From Antedon mediterranea (Eukaryota > Animalia > Echinodermata): 64,000 bases of DNA. How positions within the stretch are numbered: the stretch's first letter is position 1; each line of letters starts with the position of its first letter. Both the position numbers and the translations under genes were made by a program. Under the pieces are notes generated by a model. The model was not told the origin of the DNA, ran no database searches, and saw only the letters and a list, made by a program, of their open reading frames with translations. Below are positions 26,072 through 37,150 of the stretch, in pieces. The DNA is taken from assembly GCF_964355755.1 (NCBI RefSeq), contig NC_092675.1:25702912-25766911 (forward strand), written 5' to 3'.

Positions 26072-29000
26072 ATGTTTGCTCCAGTATATATCATTGTCTC
26101 TTCTATGACATTTCTGCACTTTTCAAAATCTCAAAAAAATTCATGCTACAATACTTTCGAATTAGGTAAGTAACAACCCTTCAATTTATTGTAATTTATA
26201 AATATTTAGTTGATTAGTTGAGTTAATATGTGTATCTATATAAAATGCGCATTCTGAACTGTCAGTTACTATTTACCAATTCAAAAAACGTTTGTCAAAA
26301 TTATTTAGTTTCGGAGTTCAAAGAAGCTAAACAAATTTCAACACATTCGTCCAATGCAGTTGCGGCATGGGCTGTTGATAGTGGAACAGATGGAATATTT
26401 GCCAAACATACGTGCTCTCACACTCGTAAGTGACATTACATAATTATGTAAGTTTGGGAGTCTTTTCACTTCTATATGTTATTTATTGACAACATAATAA
26501 TTAACATGGTTCACATTATGAGAAGCGACACCCAGGAGTGGACGCAGAGAGTCATTATCAATGTATTCCTTCTCTGTGTTTCGATTTAGAGTGAATTACC
26601 TACTGTTCGGACCGATGATATCGGCTAACCAACTGTAGAATGAAGTCAACTAACCATAACAGGCCCTAAATTCAATTGATAACAGAATGCAATCCACTAC
26701 TTTAATCGGTCGTAAACAGTAAAAGCATAAACTTCTTCAAAAACACCTTTTAAAAAACATATAGTATTTATAAGGTAAGATGCCCCTTATGAGTTTTACT
26801 AAATACCCTTTTTACTTTATTGTGGTAAGAATTTCATGTTTTCATAATTTTGTTTTTTAAAAGATCTCGGACCGAATAATCCATGGTGGTATGTTAACCT
26901 CGGAACGGAAACAGTTATTTCAAAGATTATCATATATAACAGAATAGACTGTTGTGGTAAGACTATTAATATGATATTCAACGGTTCAATAGGCTTATTA
27001 GTATAACATTGTTTAGTATTGTTAATATAATATTATAATAAATAAATGTCTGATTTAGTATCTAAGCTTGGTATGATACTGCTAGATCATTACCATTAAA
27101 TTAAAACAATCTGTCTTTATGTGCTTAATAGCGCATTTACATTAAAAAAAACATTTTACATTTTTTTCACACTTAAGCAACTAGATTAGCAGGTGCGGTT
27201 GTTCGTATCGGCAATAGCAATGCTTCACCATTTTCAGAAAATTCACCATGTGGCGAGAGAATTTTAAGAACAGATGCATTGACCAAAAACCCAATAGAAA
27301 TGTCTTGCAACCCACCAGTTTCTGGGCAATATGTTACCATATCGCTACCAGGAAGTCAACCACTTACTCTGTGTGAAGTAAAGGTATACAAAGGTACTGT
27401 GTACAGATTATATCAACAAATGCACTTACATGCTTAGATCTGTGACTTATATTGTCATTACCTACGGCGTTATTATTTACTCATATGTTATTCACATTTA
27501 TTTCGAAAATTCCAAAGATAACAAAGATATTATGAACTAGTTCAGGAATCGAATTTTAAAGTAGAAGACTATGACATTCCCTCAACGGAAAACAAATTCT
27601 AGCAAAAGGAACTTCCAATTTTAGATAGTTTAACATTTTATGCATGACATGCTTACATTTACAACAAATTATTTTCAAATGTCCTTAAAATAAAATAAGA
27701 AAATTTAAGGGAAGACAATTAATTATTTTTCAGATATTGGAAATCCTGAAGTAGTGTGCCCAGATGATATAACAGTAAGTGCTGGAATTAAACAATCTAT
27801 AAATCCAGTTACTTGGAATCCTCCTGAAGTTTCTGATAATTTTCATACGGATCTTTCGGCAACCTGTTCTCCGTCATCAGGTTCTTTATTTCCAGTCGGA
27901 TTCACCAAAGTTACTTGTTCAGCAAGTGACGCAACTGGAAACGAAGGAAACTGTTCGTTTGTTGTAAATATTGCAGGTCAGAAAACATATCTTTCTTTAA
28001 CGAATAAGCCGAATCGCAGAAATTAAACTAGTATGGACTATTAAAAATGCAAGATATTGTTGTTCTTTAGATGATAAGGAACCAGACCTTGTGTGCCCTA
28101 AACATATCACGGTTAAAAACAATACCGATCAGTACCAAGATCCAGTAACCTGGAATGACATCACAGCATCCGACTTGGTTGGGGGAAGCGGGGAAGTTTG
28201 GCTTCATGGTAAGGGCATCTGTATGCATTGTGATACAATTTTCTCAAACATCCATTTACTTTAAAAATCAGAATTTGCCACTAGCACCAGAAGTGGCTGA
28301 ACTTGTCTGCTGGGTAAAAATCAGACGACAGATTACCACGCAAGCTTGACAAAAAAAACTTGGTAATTTGTTATCGGGCCTAAATTAAACTTCCACAGTA
28401 GGCCTACTCCCTAACTGACCTCAGTTTGTTTCTCCTACGTTAGATATATCATCAACTTGTACACCTGAATCAGGATCAATATTTGATGTTGGTTCAACTA
28501 TTGTCACGTGTTCTGCAAGAGATGCTACTGGAAATGTAGGAAGTTGTTCGTTTGTTGTCCATGTCATAGGTCAGACATTTGAATCCAGTAAGAATAAGTT
28601 TTATATTCTAAAACAGGTATCATCAACAAATTAAAACAAAATACAGGAGGCTACTAAAATGTAATGATAAAAAACGTCGACATTCTTTAAAACACCATCT
28701 CCATTTGTTGTGAAATTGACTATATATATTATTTAAATAATATATTGTCAGAAATATCGTGCAAATAATTGTGAAGTTTTAATTGCAAGAGCCAATCAGA
28801 AAGCCTAAAATGTTGGGTTTTTAGACACGTATATTTGTTTCTGGTAAGGATACGTAAGCAAGATAAGCACTCAACCTAAATCTTTGAATGAAAACGACAA
28901 AGAATTAAAAAAAAATTTTTTATTATGCTATATAATATATCATTAATGTCCCATACAAATACTTTACCTTAGATGACGTACGATCTGTTCTTACTTGTCC

Positions 29001-30690
29001 TGAGCATATTAGTGTGGACAGTGATCAATCAAGGACAATAACTTGGAGTGACCTTACATTGACATCTATGTCAGCAACGTGTACACCACCGTCGGGGTCA
29101 GTCTTTGACGATGGTTCAACGATTGTCACGTGTTCGGCTAATGACGTTAACGGTGACATAATAAAATGTTCATTTGTTGTTCATCTTAAAGCGAGATCTA
29201 GTTCAGGTAAGTGTATGTCACTTGGAGGCCCCTCACAAGGTAGGCCTACAGTTTTTGTCGCGAGTAGCGTCTGCATAAGCTTAGCAACAGGAGGTTGAAA
29301 AATATACAACAATAATATAAACAAGGCCATATACATAGCTGCAGTCGAGTGCGCAAATTTGAGTTAGTAATCACTTAAACAGTAAACATGTTTGATATCT
29401 TTTTAAAAGTCTTTAGAGCTAGATTTAAAAAAAAATATCATTACATAATTTTATTCCAAGATATATTAGTGTAAACATAGACTGTCAATGACAGAATAAG
29501 CACATTTACATGATATGGCATGTCTGTGTGAAACGACGTCCAATAGGAACATTGCCATTCAAAATAATAATCAAACAAATAACAAACACAAGAAAGATCC
29601 AAGTATTCAAAACTTTAGTTTGGGTATGGGACATGCACATTGGAAATAAATCATACTACATCGTAACCAAACTTGTGCTGGAAAATACACTATAAGAGCA
29701 GAACTGAAAGACTAATTAGAATTTACAGCCTAACTACTTATTTTGGTTTGATGGCACTGTGGAATAAAAAATTATCATATAATTTAGAATTAAATTAAAA
29801 ATTATGCTAAACCGGACTTTTAAATGTACTGAATAATGGTTATTATGTTTTAATTATTATTGGAAGATTTTAGTATTGGTATTGTATGTCCACGTGACAT
29901 TACGTTTAATACGGAACAGCCTGTAGTTGTATGGAATAATCCAGAGTTGACAGACAACGTTGGTACTGACGTACAGCCAACTTGTAATCCACCATCTGGC
30001 TCTACGTTTTTAGTTGGATCAACCAGAGTTACTTGTTACGCAGTTTATTCTATTGTTAACATCAGCTGCTGGTTTAATGTTGGGAGTCTGATAAATGCTA
30101 CACAGTTACCGGGTTAGTAGCCTACACCTGATATCAACTATATAACACACAATAAATAGTGCAATGTTCTGCTCGCGTGCATTTTAAATATTCTTTTATT
30201 CTGTATGCTTTTAAAATCTTTCTTTAAATCAAATTTGTGATTTTCTTTATAGTTCCAAACCTATAAAAATCGGAAAAATCAATAACATTCTTAAATCTTT
30301 ATTTTCAAAGGGTATTCTCATAGTGACAACGAGTCTAAAGACACACATCACTATTTTGTAATAGGAATAGGCTGTGTAATGGTTGTTCTTATTGCATCAG
30401 TCATAATTGTGGTTATCAGGTAATGTTCATATTATTATTTACGATTACGAACCAACTTAGAGTTTCAAAAACTGTTCGATAAGATCAATTTCTATATATT
30501 TGACTCATACTTACCTAGCATTCTCAAGAAAATGTCAAGACATTATGTTTATTATTTCCTTTTGAAAACAAACCTAACTTTACTGAAATTAATTTGTTTC
30601 AGATATTACAATGCAAAGCGTAAGCAGATTACATTTGAAATCAATATGAAAGCACAAGAAGAAACAGTGACTTGGGACATAATAAAATAA
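26072..30690 (+). CDS. F-type lectin-HYRx4-TM receptor, copy 4 (~573 aa if the extra HYR2 intron is spliced)
   Basis: Exons 26072-26165, 26309-26425, 26864-26956, 27178-27393, 27734-27976, 28071-28208 plus 28444-28587 (split HYR2), 28973-29206, 29867-30112, 30311-30419 (TM), 30603-30690 (YYNAKRKQITFEINMKAQEETVTWDIIK*). Total 1722 nt, open frame. Confidence 0.8.
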
Positions 30691-31200
30691 TCTTAATTAT
30701 TCTACACTATCTTAAAAAATTCCATTAGTTAGTAATAATGTAATGCGTATGCTATATTGTAAAACTAAGAATTATATAATGGTAAACAAGGAATGCAAAT
30801 GACAAATCAGAAAACGTTCAGGGGGAACCAATTCTGATCATCATTATTATATTCGTAATGTTGAATTATTTAGGCTAGCACCTAGCCTATCGACGTAAAA
30901 TGTTATAATATTTTATTGATATATTGATGCACCAACATGTAATACAAGTGACATTCACACATTTGGATTTAGAGGGTTATCCCGAATACATAATTGTTAA
31001 CGTAATTCATTTTTATAATACCACAAAAATTACGTATAATCATAAATAGAAGGCATTTTATTACATTCACAACATTATTTAAGCTTAGGCATGCTTCGAG
31101 AACCATTTCTCATCATCAGTACAATAATAAGAAGTTATATACCCTCTTAACCACTGTATGTACATGTGACAATTAATTAGCATGATAAAAAAAGGAAAAA

Positions 31201-31750
31201 ACTAGAGGGTACTCCGAGAGTACAAACCTCCGCCTACTGTAAAATTCCCCTACATAAAATTCCCAAGAAAAATGTTTTTTTTTTTTTACATTTTTGTTAT
31301 TAATTCTAAGTGTAAATAGGTTAACTGCACACTACAAAGTTGTGGATGAGAGTGTGGTGTAATGGTTATGTATCCAGCCTCTTACAGTTGAGATTGCTGG
31401 TTGAAGTCCCACTGAGGTTTTGTTTTTTAAATTTTTTTTTGTGGACCTTGATCTTTGACCCTGACCCTTCAAAATTTAACCACAATTATATGATGAGTCA
31501 TTGTGGCTATGTTTCGTGGGAATCGGATAAAAACTGTGGTCTGTAGGCAGTAAAATAGTTTTTTGTTAGTTGTGACCTACACCTATAACCCTTTCCCTTC
31601 AAATTCGAACTCGTCCGAGCTTTTTGGCCATAGATCATTATTGTGGGCAAATTTGGTGAGAAGAGGATAAAAACTGTGGCCTCCAGGCTGTTCACAGACA
31701 CACACACAAACATACAGGGGTGAAAACATAACCTCCTTGGCGGAGGTAAT
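31201..31750 (-). mobile_element. Helentron-associated non-autonomous element (HINE/DINE-like)
   Basis: Minus strand begins ATTACCTCCGCCAAGGAGGTTATGTTTTCACCC and ends GGCGGAGGTTTGTACTCTCGGAGTACCCTCTAGT (subterminal inverted repeat, hairpin, CTAGT); internal TGACCTTTGA-like motifs and (CA)n. Confidence 0.8.
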
Positions 31751-32848
31751 AACATAACAATGAAATAGGCAGCAGAGATGATTTCACACGTGAATTAAAG
31801 GGCGTCCTTAAGTTTGTATGCGGAATCTGCAGAATATAGAACCGTTAAGCATTGGGCATTAGCAAGGTCCTTTTACAGCCAATCTTAATCTTCGATCAAT
31901 TTTCTAATGCTAATACTAGGCATACATTGCATCTATTTTATTCGATGCAACGGATCTAAAATGGATAACAAAAGTGCATAAACATAACTTACTTTCCGGT
32001 AATTACGCCAAATTATTCTGTTGTTCCGCCAACGGCATTGGTTTTTGCCCACTTGAGTTGATCATTCCATTGCAAATACATCTTCAGCCCGCGCCATATT
32101 TACCAGCTCATAATAAGACTAACGTGATAATAATACTAGTTGGAATATATATCAAAAACAATACGTTAAGGCATAGGTGTCGTTTTGGATTGTTTTATTT
32201 GATGTAAAATAGAATTAGCTATGCCAGACAACTAATACATTTAACATATTTTTTATATTAAAGTACACCCTATAGGTGAAATTTATTATTGTCTAATTAA
32301 TCATATTAATATGAATAAATAAAAACTAAAATGTATTTTTATTGTCTCCGTTTGTTTATTATTATGTCAAGAAGATATGTATTCATCGTGAATATCGTAA
32401 TGTTTTTTCTTTTTTTTAGAAGTGAATAATTGAACCTTAGCAGCATTTAGTTGAACCAGACAGTTGTATATAGTAAAGTTCACTAATAGTCAAATGGTTG
32501 AACAGAATTAAGGACAAGACATCATGAGAAAATCCATTACTTGTATGTGTTATTATTATTTGGTACCGGTATGAAATACTTCAGAAATTAAAATGCGTTA
32601 TTTAATGATGGTGATTACGTAAGGCGGAAAATAAAAAGCTTTAATTGGATCGCTTCTATAAACTTTGTACGGAAGAATGAATGTCCGGAAGATGTATGTA
32701 TCCTGAAAGTTCAATAATTAATGTGTGTAAAAAGACAAAGTATATGTAAACATAACAGCTTGTGTAACCACATTTGTGCATTATTTGTGGATGAAGTATG
32801 ACCTCACCTCAAACTCAAATTCAGACTTAAACATACCTATAATGAAAC

Positions 32849-35800
32849 ATGTTTTCTAGAATATATATTCCTGTATCTTTATTGACGCTTGTTGAATCTT
32901 ATAATCCATTTGTCGCCGAACGTTATGGTAAGTTCTGCACTCCATTATTTAAGTATCACATAATAAAATAAATAAATCATGAGAAAGTAGCAGACTTGGT
33001 GTGATGTTTTCTAAAAAAACATAAACTGTCGTGTGTTTGACAGTTTCTCCATCATGTTGACCAAAAAAATCATCAATAAATTACTCCGCCGGCCATACTG
33101 TAGACATTAGAGATATGCTGAATGTATAACAAGCTACAAAAGTTTGTGTTTTGAACAGATCTGGTTTCACGGGGAAAAACTGCAAATCAGAGTTCAACGC
33201 ATGGACCTAGTGTGGCAAACCAGCAGTTGATGGCCGTAAGGATGGAAACTATTGGGCTCATTCTTGTACCCATACAGGTAAGTAGGCCTAATCATGTCTT
33301 AAACGTAAGGTAACAGTTTAGGGACTACGATAAGTATGCAATGTACTTTCAACATCGTTTCCTTAATATGTAAAGTAAGACATTTGTAAACAATATCCCA
33401 GTATAATCTCTTATATTATTACGACCTATTATGCATTCGCAAAAGACGGGTTAATACAAACAGAACATAAGTTTTCCATCTTTTAAGCTCGGTTTCCATT
33501 AGCTAGGACATAACACAGGGAAGTAAGGGCAACGCCAGTGATATTACCAATCGCAAGCTGTCATTGGTCATTTCACTTGCACTGCGTCTACGTGGGGACC
33601 AAGCTTTCAAACATTATTTTACGTACTAGTGTAAATACTAATTATTTAAAAGTTTCTTTCACATTCGTTTACTTTATCTGCAATCAATTTAAGCAGCACA
33701 CGAGACAAACCCTTGGTGGTATGTTGATCTCGGATCATCAAGACTTATTGCAAAGATCATCATATATAACAGAGTTGATTGTTGCGGTAAGAGTTTTATC
33801 AGTACATTATTTTGCTAATTCCTGTATTTATTTAAACAGGCAAAAAGATAATTATAATACTATGGAATCGTAAAAATCAATTGGAAACGTTTATGAAAAA
33901 AAAACACCTTTTACAGCGTTGCAACTAGTAGTAGGCCTAAGGCAAAACTAAAACTTCAACTCTTAACTAGTTGTTCTATTTTTTGTTTTAAGGAGAACGG
34001 TTAGATGGAGCTATTTTGGGTGTAGGAAACGACAAGGTATCGCCGTTTAGAGGAAATTCACATTGCGGGACATTAGTTATAGCCGATAATAGCCGGCGCA
34101 TACAACGACTGTGCTTTTTAGAAGGCCAGTACATTAGTGTTTATATACCAAAAAAGGAGGCTCAGTCTTTTTCTATTTGTGAACTAGAAGCATACGTAGG
34201 TATGTACAGTATAATCTGAAATAATTAAATTCACAGAAAAATAATAATTAATTAATATTTTGTCACCGACATGGTTAATTTATGATTTGATTTAATTTCT
34301 GGTATTCTTCATTCGATGAAATTTGAAAAATTATTGGTTGCTTTACCGCTTTCCTGTTTATTGTAATAATAAAGGTCTTTGTGAATAATACACCAATAAC
34401 GACATAGAAACATCATAAATATATAATATCTCTTTATATAATGTATTTAGAAATCCTTCCAAACAAAAAAAAAGCTAATTATTTTTTATTATGTTACAGA
34501 TACACAGAAACCTTTTGTTATTTGTCCAGATGACATTGAGATAAATTCTGATGCTAATCAGAATTTAAATCCTATTACATGGCGAGATGCGGTGGCATTT
34601 GACAACACTGGTCATAAAAAGAATAGGCTTAAGTTACGCTTCCATGGTCATAATAGACTAGTAGCCACTTGCTCAAAGCCATCTGGTTCATTATTTGAAA
34701 TTGGGTTCACCAAGATTTCTTGTTCTGCAACTGACCGAAGTGGAAATGAAGGCAATTGTTCGTTTGTTGTTCATGTCAAGGGTTAGACATTGCGTTTTTG
34801 TTTCATTGTTTAGGCCTAATATCTTAGGTTACTGGGAGTATTGTAGGTGTCACTACCAGATTCTTAGCATGTATTCCGCAGTAGGCCTATCATGGGAAAA
34901 TTACGGCATCTCACGTGGTGCTTGTATTATGTAAGGTTATTACGGTCTATGATAACTACACTAGGTAAAACAACATCATATTAATATAGGGTATATATCT
35001 ATTGTTTTCAAAGTCAAACTGAAGTAATCGTTATTTCCAATGAAACTTACTTAGCAAAATAATCATTTCTTTCATTTCTAAAACCAACTAAATTAGACAT
35101 CAAAGAGCACGCTTTCACTTGTCCCGAACACATTACTGTGAAAAATGACGTTGACCAGTCTGAAGATCCTGTAACTTGGAATAAACCCACAGCGATCAAC
35201 AAAGAACATAAACCTATACCAATCACATGTACGCATGCATCTGGATCAATCTTTGACGTTGGTTCAACTATTGTCACGTGTTCCTCAACAAGAGGTACTG
35301 ACAAAGAAAGAAGTTGCTCATTTGTTGTACATGTCATAGGTCAGATATTTCTTTCAGGTAAGTCTCGTTGTTTTATTTACTCATAAGTGGTGTCCATTTA
35401 TACGGCTGTAACTTGTGAAAAGTTAAATCACATTTCTTGTTCTTACAATACCTTTTTTTTTGTAGATGTCCCTATCGTGATGTGTCCTCAAAGCATCTCA
35501 TTGTTCTCTGATAAATCTTTGCAACCAGTGACATGGAACAAGCCAAAGGTGGTGGACGATTTTGATAGCGATTTAGTGGCAACCTGCATACCTTTCTCTG
35601 GTGATTTCTTTGCACGTGGATCAACACAGGTTACATGTTCAGTGACCAATTCATTCGGAAACAATGGCAACTGTTCTTTTGTTGTTGATGTCACGAGTCT
35701 CAAGTCACCACAAGGTGAGAATTATTCTTGTCACTGCCTTCAATTATCGTATAAGAATTCCCTCTAAATTATATTACACGTGTAGGACTACAGTATAACA

Positions 35801-36449
35801 ATATTGGAGAGTATATTATGTAGCGTGACTTTTTTTACAATTTAAATTTGTTAAAGCTTTATCTCAAGATGACGATGCGTCTGACATCGCACATGGGTAC
35901 TTGGCAGCAGCTGTTACCGTTCTTAGTGTGATGGTGTTAGTATTGGTGCTAATACTTACCATCATAGCCAGGTTTGAGTAGACATACATAAAATAAATGA
36001 GTATTTGTATCGGCGGTAACATAAAAATGAAAACAATCCAAACCGATAGCCTATGCTAAAACACGTTTTTAACACCATGTCTCTTGCCGTGGCCCTTTGT
36101 GGGAAGTTGCAAATTAACTTGAAAATATCGTAAAAAAAAGATCAACAACGTACCCATATAATATAAATCGAATACGCCATATAATACACATATGATCTTT
36201 TGAATGGAATCACTGAATGGAGATAGCATAAATGCTGACGATGAAGAAAAAGAATGTTTGCCTTGCAAATTAAAATGAGTGGATAAAAGAAAGACAAAAA
36301 GAAAGAAAGAAAAATAGAGCACCATCAAATTAAAAAAAACCAAAATAACAAACAAAATCTTGTTGTTTTGCAGATACCATACACGTAAGAATAAAGCTGG
36401 AGGAATTAAAACGGAGGATAACAACGCTTCTTGGATTGTGTTGGAGTAA
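32849..36449 (+). pseudogene. F-type lectin-HYRx3-TM receptor, copy 5 (single 1-nt frameshift: young pseudogene, null allele or assembly error)
   Basis: Exons 32849-32927, 33159-33277 (119 nt against 120 in copy 7; AAC C-A GCA GTT GAT near 33221), 33694-33786, 33993-34199, 34500-34781, 35097-35357, 35466-35714, 35857-35971 (TM), 36374-36449. Other exons are open. Confidence 0.7.
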
Positions 36450-37150
36450 CAAAACATCATGCGAAACATGTTACGTTTATTAGATCCCAATGCTTCGGAG
36501 AAATTAATTCGGATTAAAAAAAGATACGTTATTATATAGGCTTATTATATTGATAGAAAACACCTAGGAACACTATTTCTGTATTGTAACGTTTATTAAT
36601 AGGCCATAACTTTTACAAAACAATAACTAAAAACTACTTTATTGCAACCAACTTATAAATGCTTTGGTTTTAATCGAAAATAAACATTACCTTATAAAAT
36701 ATTATGTCTTATTACATTTGATGTGCAATCATTGAGCGTGTTAGATTGATTCGTGAAAATGAAAGTGTTTTTTCTTTCTTAGAAATGACTTTATTATTAC
36801 GTTATTTGACAGTACTTGAAACATTAGGCCTAGTGATGCGGCGTTTGCTAATATTTCCTAGTCGATCATATAGATCAAGGTAATATAAATTAATTAAATT
36901 GGTATTTCATTAACCATACCCAACCCAACAGTTCCAGCACCATTTATGATATTACGCTACTTATTATACCTGGATGACGTAAGACGGAAAAATGAAAGCT
37001 TCAATTGGTTGGCACGGAAGTAATATACGTTCATTGTTATCTTATTGAAAGTTCAGTACCAAAAATGTGTGTATAAAACAATAGGTAAGCCTGTAAATAA
37101 ACATTCCATATTGCTGAAACTATATTTGTTGATAATTACTTAATGAAATA

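Noticed and set aside
36056-36490. 144-aa hydrophobic minus-strand ORF
   Set aside because: Low-complexity A-rich intron plus the antisense of the copy 5 tail exon; no domain features.
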